The notes beneath the pieces were generated by a model. The model was given only the letters and a program-made list of their open reading frames with translations. It had not been told where the DNA came from and did not search any database. The position numbers and the translations under genes were made by a program. A stretch of 64,000 bases of DNA, from contig CAZRJK010000001.1 in NCBI GenBank assembly GCA_964600615.1, positions 28,121 to 92,120 on the forward strand, written 5' to 3'. Source of the DNA: an uncultured Muribaculaceae bacterium (GTDB taxonomy: Bacteria; Bacillota_I; Bacilli_A; RF39; UBA660). Numbering within the stretch: the first letter of the stretch is position 1; each line of letters opens with the position of its first letter. Below, piece by piece: positions 39,097 through 50,199 of the stretch.

Positions 39097-39696
39097 CTAA
39101 TTAATACCATAACTCTTATAATTATCATAAGATAAATTAAATATCTTATAAGTAATAGGTAAAATCATTAGAACTTCCCATATCATACCAAATAATAAAT
39201 AATTCTTAATAACCAAATCTTTAATAATAATAATTAAAATAGTATAAATACAACCTAACAAAGTACTTATAATTTTAAATCTCTTTCTCTTCTTTACACT
39301 AACTATAGGTCTCTTTTCAGTGTCAGCAGGAGCATATAAATATAACAATATTACACAAATAATAGAAGTAATAATCATAACCCACATAGGCAAAAATATA
39401 TATTTACATAAAAAAGCTCCACCTATAAACATCATAATAGAACTAACTAAACAATAAATACTCTTTGAAGCATGTATACCAAAAGACTGAGATCGAATCA
39501 TATTATAAGAAATAAGTAAAAAAAATACTTCCTTAAATATTCCCAATATAAAAGCAATACCAAAAATAATTATTGCCTTCGTAAAAGACAGATATATACT
39601 TTCTAACCCATAGCTAATTAACTCTATATCTTCATCGGAATAACTTCTATTTTTTTTTATTAAATTAATAGATGATTCTAAAAATAATTTTTTCAT
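39097..39696 (-). CDS. agrB: AgrB, membrane peptidase that processes AgrD
   Basis: Polytopic membrane protein with the conserved His...Cys pair FGIHASKSIYC (6-residue spacing as in AgrB H77/C84); ORF-track start 39717 is TTG, ATG at 39696. Confidence 0.75.
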   Translation of the reverse strand: MKKLFLESSINLIKKNRSYSDEDIELISYGLESIYLSFTKAIIIFGIAFILGIFKEVFFLLISYNMIRSQSFGIHASKSIYCLVSSIMMFIGGAFLCKYIFLPMWVMIITSIICVILLYLYAPADTEKRPIVSVKKRKRFKIISTLLGCIYTILIIIIKDLVIKNYLLFGMIWEVLMILPITYKIFNLSYDNYKSYGIN

Positions 39697-39915
39697 ACTA
39701 GCACCTACTCCAACCAATTATAAATGAAATATGAAAATAAAAACTATTATATACTTATAAATAATTAATATAAAATAAAAAGGAAAATAGTTAACTAATA
39801 AATAACAAAAATTATCGTTTAGAAAACATAAATATAATTTATAATATTTAAAATATCTTCTTGTTATAAAAAAAAATATATGTTATAATACACTTATGAT
39901 AGGAGGAGAATAAAT

Positions 39916-40200
39916 ATGGGGAATGATAAAATGATAACTTTAATAGACGGTTACAGAGAAGTTGGTGAGGTAGAACTAATTTGTGCCTTTAAACTAACTG
40001 GATACAAAGAAAAATATATCATTTACACAAAAAACGAAAAAGATAAAGATGGCAACACCATTATTTATTCTGGAAAAGTAATTAATATTGATAATAAACA
40101 ATTCATTGAAAATATAAATGATGGCGAAGAATGGGAAAAATTAAAAAGCATTATGAAGGCTATGGCTAAATACAGTTTAGAAGGTGAAAATGATGTATAG
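39916..40200 (+). CDS. DUF1292 (UPF0473) family protein
   Basis: ITLIDGYREVGEVELICAFKLTGYKEKYIIY ... EEWEKLKSIMKAMAK pattern. Confidence 0.5.
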   Translation: MGNDKMITLIDGYREVGEVELICAFKLTGYKEKYIIYTKNEKDKDGNTIIYSGKVINIDNKQFIENINDGEEWEKLKSIMKAMAKYSLEGENDV

Positions 40201-40837
40201 TAATTTAAATAGAATGAAAAACATAGAAATTCCTGAAAATTTATTTTCTAACTTAGGAGAAAGTAAAAAACCTAAAATAGTCACAAAAAATGAAGAAACA
40301 AATTTAATAGAAAATCAAGAAGAAATAAGTGATTATAGGAAAAGAATAACTAACATGTATGAAAATTTGGAAGATTTAACTCCAATAAACAATGAAATAG
40401 ATGATATGTTATATTTTAACAATTATGTTGAAAGAGGAATAGTAATAAAACCTAAAATATCATCATTGAAACAATTTTGGACTGAATATCGCCTAATAAA
40501 AAATGAAAAAGATTTATTAAAAGAAGATACAAAAGAAATAATAGATACTAGTACATCTAATTTTGATGATTTATTTAATACCCTTTCAGAAAGAGTTTTG
40601 GAATTAAACAAATACATTGATGAACTAAAAGAAATGAAAACTAACATTGATAAAACAAACAATAAATTGGAACAAGATTCCATAGATTTAAAAGAAGAAA
40701 AGCAAAAATTTATGGATTATAAAAAAGAAGAGGAAAAGAAACTTGCTAAAGAAAAAGAAACTTTAAAATTAAACTATGATAGATTACAAAATATTATTAA
40801 TGATCTAGATAAAAAACTAAACGAAATAGAAAAGTAA
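40193..40837 (+). CDS. Coiled-coil protein, function unknown
   Basis: ORF-track start is GTG; ATG at 40193 is 5 nt after AAGGTGA; C-terminal half is heptad-like and K/E-rich. Confidence 0.4.
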   Translation: MYSNLNRMKNIEIPENLFSNLGESKKPKIVTKNEETNLIENQEEISDYRKRITNMYENLEDLTPINNEIDDMLYFNNYVERGIVIKPKISSLKQFWTEYRLIKNEKDLLKEDTKEIIDTSTSNFDDLFNTLSERVLELNKYIDELKEMKTNIDKTNNKLEQDSIDLKEEKQKFMDYKKEEEKKLAKEKETLKLNYDRLQNIINDLDKKLNEIEK

Positions 40838-40881
40838 GCTAAAGAACAACTTTAGCTTATTTTAAAAAAATAGGAGGAAAT

Positions 40882-43218
40882 ATGGATAATAAAGAATTAA
40901 AAAAAATAGATGCCTATTTTAGAGCAGCTAATTATTTATCTGTAGGACAACTATATTTATTAGATAATCCATTATTAAAAAGAAGATTAACTATAAAAGA
41001 TATAAAGAAAAAAACTGTAGGACATTGGGGAACAGCACCAGGACAAAACTTTATCTATGTTCACCTAAATAGAGTAATAAAAAAATATGATTTAAATATG
41101 ATTTATGTATCAGGTCCCGGACACGGAGGAGAAGCAATTGTAGCTAATACCTATCTAGAAGGAACTTATAGTGAAGTATATCCAACTATCACAGAAGATG
41201 AAGAAGGATTAAAAAAATTATTCAAACAATTCTCTTTCCCAGGAGGAATATCTTCCCATGTAGCCCCTGAAACACCAGGATCAATTAATGAAGGAGGAGA
41301 ATTAGGTTATAGCTTAGCCCATGCCTATGGAGCAGTATTAGATAATCCAGATTTAATTGCTGCCTGTGTCATAGGAGACGGTGAATTAGAAACAGGACCA
41401 TTACAAGCATCACTTCAAATAAATAAAATAATTAATCCTAAAACCGATGGAGTAGTACTACCAATCTTACACCTAAATGGTTATAAAATAGCAAACCCAA
41501 CCATATTCTCTAGAATAACTGATTTAGAATTAGATGATTACTTTAGAGGTAGTGGCTATTTACCATATTATGTTGAAGGTGATGACCCAGAAATAATGCA
41601 TAAAAAAATGGCCAATACCTTAGATGAAGTAATAGAAAAAATATTAGATATAAAATACAAAAAATCTACTAAAAGACCAAGATGGCCAATAATAATATTA
41701 AGAACACCAAAAGGATGGACAGGGCCAAAAATAGTAGATAAAAAAGAAGTAGAAGGATCATTTAGATCCCATCAAATACCAATCGATTTATCAAGTAAAC
41801 CAGAATATATTAATTTATTAGAAAAATGGTTAAAAAGCTATCACCCAGAAGAATTATTTGATGATAAGGGATCACTAAAAAAAGAATTAAAAGAACTAGC
41901 ACCTAAAGGAAATAAAAGAATGGGGGCAAATCCCCATGCTAATGGTGGAAAACTATTACAAGAGTTAAATATGCCTGATTTCAGAAAATATGGCTTATCT
42001 CTAAAAAAACATGGTAGCATTGAAGCCAGTGATATGATGGAATTAGGTAGATTTATCAAAGATATAGTAGAATTAAATAAAGATAAGAAAAACTTTAGAA
42101 TATTTGCCCCTGATGAAACCCTATCTAATAGATTAAATCATGTCTTTGAAATAACTAATAGAAAATGGAATACTAAAATATTAGATAATGATGAATACTT
42201 AAGTCCAGATGGAGTAGTAATAGATTCAATATTATCAGAACATGTTTGTCAAGGATTATTAGAAGGATATTTATTAACTGGAAGACACGGATTCTTTACA
42301 AGCTATGAAGCTTTCATAAGAATAGTAGACTCTATGGCTAGTCAACACGCTAAATGGTTAAAAGTATCAAAACAATTACCATGGAGAAATAAAATATCTT
42401 CCCTAAATTATATTTTAACATCTCATGTATGGCAACAAGACCATAATGGCTATACACACCAAGACCCTGGATTCTTAAACCATTTAGTAACTAAAAAAGC
42501 CGATATAACCAGAGTATATTTACCTCCTGATACTAACTGCCTATTATCTTGTTTTAACCATTGTATCAGAAGTAAAGACTATATAAATGTTATTATTGCA
42601 TCTAAACACCCAAGACCACAATGGTTAACCATGGAAGAAGCAGTAATTCACTGTACCCAAGGAATAGGTATTTGGAAATGGGCTAGTAATGATGGTGGCT
42701 GTGAACCAGATATTATCCTAGCTTGCTGTGGAGATACACCAACATTAGAAGTTTTAGCCGCTACTTCTATCCTAAGAGAATACTTTAAAGAAATAAAAAT
42801 AAGAGTTGTAAACGTAGTTGATTTAATGAGATTACAATCTGAACATATTCATCCACATGGCTTAAGTGATGAAGATTATGATGCCATCTTCACCAAAGAC
42901 AAACCAATAATCTTTGCCTTCCATGGCTATCCTCATCTAATTCATCAACTAACATATAACAGACATAATCAAGACTTACACGTTCATGGCTATCTAGAAG
43001 AGGGAACCATAACAACACCATTTGATATGCGAGTACAAAATGAAATAGATAGATATCATTTAGTATTATCAGCCCTAAAAAGATTACCACAACTAGGAAA
43101 CAGAGGTGCTATTCTAAATCAAATCTGCCAAGATAAATTAGTAATGCATAAACAATACATAGAAGAATTTGGCCAAGATATGCCTGAAATAATTAATTGG
43201 AAATGGAAAGACAATTAG
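40882..43218 (+). CDS. xfp: Xylulose-5-phosphate/fructose-6-phosphate phosphoketolase
   Basis: [23 protein letters not shown], 778 aa TPP-enzyme architecture. Confidence 0.9.
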   Translation: MDNKELKKIDAYFRAANYLSVGQLYLLDNPLLKRRLTIKDIKKKTVGHWGTAPGQNFIYVHLNRVIKKYDLNMIYVSGPGHGGEAIVANTYLEGTYSEVYPTITEDEEGLKKLFKQFSFPGGISSHVAPETPGSINEGGELGYSLAHAYGAVLDNPDLIAACVIGDGELETGPLQASLQINKIINPKTDGVVLPILHLNGYKIANPTIFSRITDLELDDYFRGSGYLPYYVEGDDPEIMHKKMANTLDEVIEKILDIKYKKSTKRPRWPIIILRTPKGWTGPKIVDKKEVEGSFRSHQIPIDLSSKPEYINLLEKWLKSYHPEELFDDKGSLKKELKELAPKGNKRMGANPHANGGKLLQELNMPDFRKYGLSLKKHGSIEASDMMELGRFIKDIVELNKDKKNFRIFAPDETLSNRLNHVFEITNRKWNTKILDNDEYLSPDGVVIDSILSEHVCQGLLEGYLLTGRHGFFTSYEAFIRIVDSMASQHAKWLKVSKQLPWRNKISSLNYILTSHVWQQDHNGYTHQDPGFLNHLVTKKADITRVYLPPDTNCLLSCFNHCIRSKDYINVIIASKHPRPQWLTMEEAVIHCTQGIGIWKWASNDGGCEPDIILACCGDTPTLEVLAATSILREYFKEIKIRVVNVVDLMRLQSEHIHPHGLSDEDYDAIFTKDKPIIFAFHGYPHLIHQLTYNRHNQDLHVHGYLEEGTITTPFDMRVQNEIDRYHLVLSALKRLPQLGNRGAILNQICQDKLVMHKQYIEEFGQDMPEIINWKWKDN

Positions 43219-43245
43219 TAATAATTGTCTTTTTTAAGGAGTATT

Positions 43246-43551
43246 ATGAAGTTAATATATAATAATAAAGAAATATCAGTAACCACCACCCATAATAAAT
43301 TAATAATGAGATATCAACACCAAAAATTATATTATGCTATTATAATTAATGAATGCAACAGCTATAGCTCTATTTTAAATAAACAAAGAATAGATGTAGT
43401 AATGACAGATGATAATTTTAAAATATTATCCATCAAAAAAAATATGCATGAAAATACCATCTATGAAGATAATAATGCTACTAAAACGATAATCTTACCA
43501 CCCAATACCTTTGACCTAAAAATAAATACCCACTTTACAATTAAAGAATAA
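43246..43551 (+). CDS. Hypothetical protein
   Basis: ATG at 43246 follows AAGGAG; no recognisable motif. Confidence 0.35.
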   Translation: MKLIYNNKEISVTTTHNKLIMRYQHQKLYYAIIINECNSYSSILNKQRIDVVMTDDNFKILSIKKNMHENTIYEDNNATKTIILPPNTFDLKINTHFTIKE

Positions 43552-43578
43552 TTAAGTTATAATTAAATAGGTGATATC

Positions 43579-44898
43579 ATGGTAAGAAAAAAAAGAAAAT
43601 TAAAAAAGAAAGTAAAAATATTTCTAATTATATTTCTAATAGTATTAATATTATTATCCCTATATTTATTCTTACCAAAGAAAAAAATAGAAAAAAAGGA
43701 TAATAAGAAAGATTTAATAGCAGATATCTTATCTTATAATATAGATAAAGATAAAGATTTCTTAACCTGGATAAAAGAAAATTATAAAGAAGAATCACTA
43801 ATAAAACTAAATAATTATTTAAAAGAAAATGACTATAATACCAATATATGGCATAACATAACAGGTAATTCCCTAATAGTATTAGAAGATTTATATAATA
43901 AAAAATATGATAATATGACTAATATCACCATAAATAATGAAAAACTAGATAATATTACCATTAACTTTATAGGAGATGTATCCCTAGCAGATAACTGGTA
44001 TATAGCACCTAAATATGACGAAAGAGGAAAAAAAGTATTAGGAATACTAAGTGAAGAAGTAGTTAATGAACTAACAACATCAACACTATCTATTGCTAAT
44101 AATGAATTCACTATCAGTAATAGAGGAGAAAAAATGCCAGGAAAGCAATACACCTTTAGAGCCAAACCAGAAAGACTAGATATCTATAAAGAAATGGGAA
44201 TAGACCTAGTAACAATTGCCAATAACCACGTCTATGACTTTGGAAAAAATGCTTTTCTAGATATGTTAGATACTCTAGATACATATAAAATGCCCCATAT
44301 AGGAGCAGGAAAAAATATTAATGATGCCAGTACTCCATATTACTTTATCATAAATGGTTATAAAATAGCTTTTGTTAATGCCAACAGATCAGAAAAAAAT
44401 ATTATGACTCCCGCTGCTACCGAAACAGAACCAGGAGTACTAAGATGTTATGATCCAACCATCTTTAAAGAATTAATAACCAAAACAAAAAAAGAAAGTG
44501 ACTATGTCATAGCACTAATTCACTGGGGAAAAGAAGACCATCATGAATTAGAACAAGTTCAAATAGATACCTCTAAAGAATATATAGATTCAGGAGCAGA
44601 CCTAATAGTAGGTACTCATGCCCACGTCCTACAAGGAATAGATTTCTATAAAGATAAAGCCATAATCTATAACATAGGTGATTTTATCTTTAACGATGAA
44701 GATAAAGACACCATGATTTATAAATTAACTATAGATAACGAAGGAGTATTTAAACACCAAATAATCCCAGCCCATCAAAAAGATGAGTATACTTATCTAT
44801 TACATGATAATGAAAAACAAAAAGTAATAAATAACATAATATCTTACTCTGATAATAAAATAAATATCTCTTCTGAAGGAGAAATAACTAAAAAATAA
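43579..44898 (+). CDS. capA: CapA/PgsA-family metallophosphatase-like protein (poly-gamma-glutamate capsule synthesis family) with N-terminal transmembrane helix
   Basis: INFIGDVSLADNW ... GTHAHVLQGIDFY ... IYNIGDFIFN. Confidence 0.65.
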   Translation: MVRKKRKLKKKVKIFLIIFLIVLILLSLYLFLPKKKIEKKDNKKDLIADILSYNIDKDKDFLTWIKENYKEESLIKLNNYLKENDYNTNIWHNITGNSLIVLEDLYNKKYDNMTNITINNEKLDNITINFIGDVSLADNWYIAPKYDERGKKVLGILSEEVVNELTTSTLSIANNEFTISNRGEKMPGKQYTFRAKPERLDIYKEMGIDLVTIANNHVYDFGKNAFLDMLDTLDTYKMPHIGAGKNINDASTPYYFIINGYKIAFVNANRSEKNIMTPAATETEPGVLRCYDPTIFKELITKTKKESDYVIALIHWGKEDHHELEQVQIDTSKEYIDSGADLIVGTHAHVLQGIDFYKDKAIIYNIGDFIFNDEDKDTMIYKLTIDNEGVFKHQIIPAHQKDEYTYLLHDNEKQKVINNIISYSDNKINISSEGEITKK

Positions 44899-44979
44899 TG
44901 TCTAACATTATTTTTTTTCTTGCCAACTAAAGATAAAAATGATAATATAACAAACTATAGAAAAGAAACAGGTGATATT

Positions 44980-45555
44980 ATGAAATATTTAACATTAGGA
45001 ACAGATACTATAACAGAAGAAAAATTTAGAGAAATAAAAGATAGAGAAGATAAAATAAAACCAACAGGAGGCTTATGGCTAACAGAACAAACAGAGGGCG
45101 TAAACTATAACCAATGGATAGATTTTATCATCTGGAGAAAGCATTTATTATACTATAAATATAACAAAGGAACTTCTATTTGGACCCAGCCATGTTCTAT
45201 CGTAACATTAAAAGATAATTCTAATATATACCAAGTAAGAGAAAAAGAACATCTAGATATACTACTAAAGAATTACCCTAAAGACTGGAAATTTTCTTAC
45301 CAAGAATTAAGTAAAGACTATGATGGATTATTCATAAAATTTATTAGTTTTCCAACAGAAAAATATACAGAACCCATGAGAAGTGAACTAGAAACATTCT
45401 GTGTTGATACATTATTATTATTTAATCCACACTGCATAGATTACTACCAAAAAGGAGTTGTCAACATTGAACCATTTGATTATGAAGAACATGTTGATGA
45501 ACCCATATATGAAATAAAAGTAGATAACGTAAAAAGAAAAGTATTAAAAAGATAA
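44980..45555 (+). CDS. Hypothetical protein
   Basis: ATG at 44980 follows AGGTGA; 191 aa. Confidence 0.4.
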   Translation: MKYLTLGTDTITEEKFREIKDREDKIKPTGGLWLTEQTEGVNYNQWIDFIIWRKHLLYYKYNKGTSIWTQPCSIVTLKDNSNIYQVREKEHLDILLKNYPKDWKFSYQELSKDYDGLFIKFISFPTEKYTEPMRSELETFCVDTLLLFNPHCIDYYQKGVVNIEPFDYEEHVDEPIYEIKVDNVKRKVLKR

Positions 45556-45634
45556 TAAATAATTATCTTTTTTTATATATTGACAAATAACAGCATAAAA
45601 TAGTATAATCACAAATGTTAGAAAGGATGATTAC

Positions 45635-47395
45635 ATGATAAAATTATTTAAAAATTTAACCAAAAAAGACCTTTTAATAGCTCTAATAGTAGTAGCCCTA
45701 GTAATATTTTCCGTTTTCTTAGATCTAAGATTACCAGAATACATGAGTGAAATAACCAAACTAGTCCAAACAGAAAATAGTACCATGAAAGAAATAATAA
45801 ACGCTGGCATACACATGCTAATATGTGCTGTAGGAAGTTTGTTGTGCACTATATCAGTAGGATTTTTTACATCTCTTTTATCAGCAAATTTCTCAAAAAC
45901 AGTAAGAAGAAAAATCTTTGCTAAAGTATCATCATTTGGCATAGAAGAAATAAAAAAATTCTCAACCCCAAGCTTAATTACTAGAACTACTAATGACGTA
46001 ACTCAAATAGAAATGCTACTAGCAATGGGATTACAACTATTAATAAAAGCACCAGTAATGGCAGTTTGGGCCCTATTAAAAATAATAGGAAAAAGTGGAC
46101 AATTAAGCCTAGTAACTGGAACTGGAGTAATAATAATTGTCTTAACCAACTTATTCATCATAAGTGTTGTTTCTCCAAGATTTGCCATTATCCAAAAACT
46201 AACCGATAAAATTAATGGCGTAACCAGAGAAAACATAACCGGAATAAGAGTAGTACATGCCTTTAATGCCGAAACATTCGAACAAAATAGATTTAATGAT
46301 GTAAATGATAACCTTACTAAAATACACCTAAAAATAACTAAAACATTTGCTCTAATGGATCCTGCTATGAACTTTGTCATGCATTTTCAACACCTAGGAA
46401 TCTATCTCGTAGGAGCTTATATTATTATTAAAAGCAATATGTTAGATAAAATCAATACCTTCAGTAATATGGTAGTATTTTCAAGTTATGGAATGCAAGT
46501 AATAATCTCATTCTTAATGTTAACAATGATCTTTATGTTCTTACCAAGAGCAAGAGTATCAGCCAAACGTATTAATGAAGTATTAGATAGTAATATCTCA
46601 ATTAAATCAGGAACATTTAATGGAGAAACAAAAGAACAAGGAACCATAGAATTTAAGAGTGTTAGTTTTAAATATCCTGATGCTGACGAATATTTATTAA
46701 AAAATATCAACTTTAAAGTAAAAAAAGGAGAAACAATAGCCTTTATTGGAAGTACAGGTAGTGGTAAATCCACTTTAATAAACCTAGTACCAAGATTATA
46801 TGATGCCACTGATGGAGAAGTATTAGTTGACGGAATAAATGTCAAAGAGTATGACCAAAAAGCCTTAAATAACAAGATTGGCTATATTCCTCAAACAGCT
46901 GTAATGTTTACAGGTAGTGTCAAATATAACGTATCCTATGGTGACAACGGTAAGAAAAAGCCATCATTAGATAAAATAAAAGAAGCAATAGAAATAGCCC
47001 AAGGAAAAGACTTTATTGAAAAAATGGATAAACAATATGATTCAAATATAGCAAGAGGCGGAACCAATATCAGTGGAGGACAAAAGCAAAGATTATCAAT
47101 CGCTAGAGCTATAGTAAGAGACCCAGAAATATATATCTTTGATGATTCATTTAGTGCTCTAGATTATCAAACAGATGCAAAACTTAGAAAAAAATTAAAA
47201 AAATATACCGAAGATGCCACTATCATGATAGTAGCCCAAAGAATAGGAACTATCATGAATGCCGACCAAATAGTTGTACTAGATAAAGGTGAATGCGTAG
47301 GAATAGGAACTCATAAAGAATTATTAAAAAATTGTCAAGTATATAAAGAAATAGCCTTATCGCAATTAAGTGAGGAGGAATTAGAAAATGCCTAG
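45635..47395 (+). CDS. ABC exporter, fused permease/ATPase (heterodimer partner 1)
   Basis: Six transmembrane helices then Walker A GSTGSGKST, signature LSGGQKQR, Walker B IYIFDD. Confidence 0.85.
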   Translation: MIKLFKNLTKKDLLIALIVVALVIFSVFLDLRLPEYMSEITKLVQTENSTMKEIINAGIHMLICAVGSLLCTISVGFFTSLLSANFSKTVRRKIFAKVSSFGIEEIKKFSTPSLITRTTNDVTQIEMLLAMGLQLLIKAPVMAVWALLKIIGKSGQLSLVTGTGVIIIVLTNLFIISVVSPRFAIIQKLTDKINGVTRENITGIRVVHAFNAETFEQNRFNDVNDNLTKIHLKITKTFALMDPAMNFVMHFQHLGIYLVGAYIIIKSNMLDKINTFSNMVVFSSYGMQVIISFLMLTMIFMFLPRARVSAKRINEVLDSNISIKSGTFNGETKEQGTIEFKSVSFKYPDADEYLLKNINFKVKKGETIAFIGSTGSGKSTLINLVPRLYDATDGEVLVDGINVKEYDQKALNNKIGYIPQTAVMFTGSVKYNVSYGDNGKKKPSLDKIKEAIEIAQGKDFIEKMDKQYDSNIARGGTNISGGQKQRLSIARAIVRDPEIYIFDDSFSALDYQTDAKLRKKLKKYTEDATIMIVAQRIGTIMNADQIVVLDKGECVGIGTHKELLKNCQVYKEIALSQLSEEELENA

Positions 47396-49466
47396 ATTTG
47401 ATCAAAAACAAGAAAAAGTAAAAGACTTTAAAGGAACCCTAAAAAGACTATTCCTAAGCCTAGGTCAATGGAAATATATTCTAGTCCTAGCATCCTTACT
47501 AGCAATGACCGCAGCTATTCTCTCAACAATAGCTCCTAATAAATTATCTGATATAACAAATATCATAAGTGATGGCATTAAACCAAATACTAAAAACATT
47601 GAATTAATATCCCAAAAAATAACAAAAAATATTATTATTAACTATAAACAAGTAGATATAACTAATGAAGAAAGTATTAAAAAATTAATTATTGAATTTA
47701 ATAATCTAGATACAAACAAAAAACAAGAAATATTAAAACCAATAGTAATAAAAAATAAAATTATAAGTCCTGAAGATCAAATATCATTCTTAAATATAAT
47801 AAGTACCATAGATAAAGATAATCCAGAAGACTTATTCTTAAAATTTGAAAAAATACCTAAATCACTAAAAGAATTAATAGAACCAAAAATAAATACTAAG
47901 AAATTAAATAAAGAAGCTATAACATTAGGAATTATCTATTTATTAAATGCCATATTTGGTTATATAGAAGGAATACTAATGGCATATGTAGGAATAGGCT
48001 ATTCCAAAAAATTAAGAAATGAAATAAGCACTAAAATAAATAAATTACCTCTAAGATATTTTGATACCCATGAAACAGGAGATATCTTATCAAGAGTAAC
48101 CAATGATGTAGATACCATAGGAATAAATATGAGTGATAACATAACCTCACTAATAACTAATATTACCTTATTCCTAGGTTCTATCGTAATGATGTTTGTA
48201 ACTAACTATATTATGGCCTTAACAGCTATAGCAGCTAGTTTCTTAGGATTTATCTTCTCATTTATATTATTAAAGAAATCACAAAAATACTTCGTTCAAA
48301 GACAAAAAGAATTAGGAAAATTAAATGGACACATCGAAGAAATATATTCTGGTCATAATATTGTAAAAGCCTATAATGGAGAAGAGATAGCCCTAAAAGA
48401 ATTCGATGAAATAAACAATAAATTATATAATTGCAATAGAAAAAGTCAATTCCTATCAGGAATAATGCAACCAATCATGCACTTCGTAGGTAATTTTGGT
48501 TATGTAGCAGTATGTGTCGTAGGAGCTTTACTAGTAATGAATAACAAAACATCATTTGGAACCATCGTAGCTTTCATGATTTATGTAAGACTATTTACAA
48601 ACCCATTATCTAGAATAGCCCAAGCTATGACCACTATGCAATCAGTAGCAGCAGCTTCTGAAAGAGTATATGAATTCATGGATGAACAAGAATTACCAGA
48701 TGAATCTAACCTAAAAGAAAAAATAACCACGGAAGAAGCTAAAGGTAATATAGAATTCAAAAATGTAAAATTTGGTTATACCAAAGATAAAACAATCATT
48801 AAAAACTTTAGTGCAAAAATAAAATCTGGAGAAAAAATAGCCATAGTAGGACCTACCGGAGCAGGTAAAACAACCATGGTAAATCTCCTTATGAAATTCT
48901 ACGACATAAACGAAGGAGATATCCTAATCGATGGTAAATCAATCAAAGAATTAAAAAGAGAAAACATTCATAAGCTATTTGTAATGGTCTTACAAGATAC
49001 TTGGTTATTTGAAGGAACAGTAAAAGAAAACATAAAATTTAACAAAACCAACGTAACAGATAAAGAAATATGGAATTACTGCAAAATAGTAGGAGTAGAC
49101 CACTTTATTAAAACCCTACCAGGAGGATTAAATTCAGAAATACAAGATAACGAATCCATATCCTCAGGACAAAAACAATTATTAACTATAACTAGAGGTA
49201 TGGTAGAAGATGCTCCCTTCTTAATACTAGATGAAGCAACATCTAACGTTGATACTAGAACTGAAGAATTAGTCCAAAAAGCTATGGACAAATTAATGGA
49301 AGGAAAAACCTCATTCATAATAGCCCATAGATTATCCACTATTAAAAATGCAGATTTAATCTTAGTAATGAACGAAGGAAATATCATAGAACAAGGAACT
49401 CATGATGAATTAATAAAGAAAAAAGGCTTCTATGCTAATCTATATAATTCCCAATTCCAAAAATAG
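47388..49466 (+). CDS. ABC exporter, fused permease/ATPase (heterodimer partner 2) with an about 140 aa insertion between TM1 and TM2
   Basis: Walker A GPTGAGKTT, signature ISSGQKQL, Walker B LILDEAT; long loop between the first two helices. Confidence 0.85.
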   Translation: MPRFDQKQEKVKDFKGTLKRLFLSLGQWKYILVLASLLAMTAAILSTIAPNKLSDITNIISDGIKPNTKNIELISQKITKNIIINYKQVDITNEESIKKLIIEFNNLDTNKKQEILKPIVIKNKIISPEDQISFLNIISTIDKDNPEDLFLKFEKIPKSLKELIEPKINTKKLNKEAITLGIIYLLNAIFGYIEGILMAYVGIGYSKKLRNEISTKINKLPLRYFDTHETGDILSRVTNDVDTIGINMSDNITSLITNITLFLGSIVMMFVTNYIMALTAIAASFLGFIFSFILLKKSQKYFVQRQKELGKLNGHIEEIYSGHNIVKAYNGEEIALKEFDEINNKLYNCNRKSQFLSGIMQPIMHFVGNFGYVAVCVVGALLVMNNKTSFGTIVAFMIYVRLFTNPLSRIAQAMTTMQSVAAASERVYEFMDEQELPDESNLKEKITTEEAKGNIEFKNVKFGYTKDKTIIKNFSAKIKSGEKIAIVGPTGAGKTTMVNLLMKFYDINEGDILIDGKSIKELKRENIHKLFVMVLQDTWLFEGTVKENIKFNKTNVTDKEIWNYCKIVGVDHFIKTLPGGLNSEIQDNESISSGQKQLLTITRGMVEDAPFLILDEATSNVDTRTEELVQKAMDKLMEGKTSFIIAHRLSTIKNADLILVMNEGNIIEQGTHDELIKKKGFYANLYNSQFQK

Positions 49467-49496
49467 AGATTTACTTAACCATAAATCTCTTTTTAT
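49466..49496 (+). terminator. Rho-independent terminator
   Basis: agagattta / taaatctct 9-bp stem plus T-run. Confidence 0.6.
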
Positions 49497-49521
49497 GTTA
49501 TAATAATATAGTAGGTGAAAC

Positions 49522-50151
49522 ATGAATAAGAAAACATATTATGCAATATCAATAATAGTCGTTTTATTAATAATAGCAATTACCATTATAACCACTAAAA
49601 TAGTAATAAAAAGAGAATTATTAATTGATACCCTAGCATATGATTTTATAGTCCTAAAATTAAGAAATGATACTCTAACACCCATAATGAAAATCATAAC
49701 AGAATTAAGTAATACTAGAACTATCATAATAATAGCAATAATATTAACAATAGTAGTATCATTATGGAAAAATATCAAGATAGCCTCACTAATACCTATA
49801 AACTTAGGAATAATAGCTATTATAAACCAAATCTTAAAACACATATTCCAAAGACCAAGACCAATAGGATTTAGATTAATAGATATAGGAGGATTTAGTT
49901 TTCCAAGTGGTCACGCCATGGGAAGCACAGCTTTTTATGGCTTATTAATTTATTTATCTTATAAACTTATAAAAAATAAAACTATTAGAATAATATCTAT
50001 TATAATAAATACTCTAATAATAATTGGAATAGGAATAAGTAGAATCTATTTAGGAGTACACTATTGCAGTGATGTAATAGTAGGAATTAGCCTATCATTC
50101 ATGTATTTAATAATATTTATAAGAATAATAGAAAAAAAGAAAATAATTTAA
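49522..50151 (+). CDS. PAP2-family phosphatase (undecaprenyl-diphosphatase-like)
   Basis: KHIFQRPRP, PSGH, SRIYLGVHYCSDV motifs. Confidence 0.8.
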   Translation: MNKKTYYAISIIVVLLIIAITIITTKIVIKRELLIDTLAYDFIVLKLRNDTLTPIMKIITELSNTRTIIIIAIILTIVVSLWKNIKIASLIPINLGIIAIINQILKHIFQRPRPIGFRLIDIGGFSFPSGHAMGSTAFYGLLIYLSYKLIKNKTIRIISIIINTLIIIGIGISRIYLGVHYCSDVIVGISLSFMYLIIFIRIIEKKKII

Positions 50152-50199
50152 TATTTATTTAATAAACAAAAAATACAATAAGAAAAGAAGGAGAAGTAA

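Noticed and set aside
39718-39915. Looked for LytTR 9-bp direct repeats (P2/P3-like) upstream of agrB
   Set aside because: Only a weak TAGTTAACT ... ATCGTTTAG pair with 17-bp rather than 12-bp spacing; cannot be supported by eye.
45631-45942. 103-aa minus-strand ORF at the start of the ABC transporter
   Set aside because: Overlaps the N-terminal transmembrane region of a confidently called ABC exporter.
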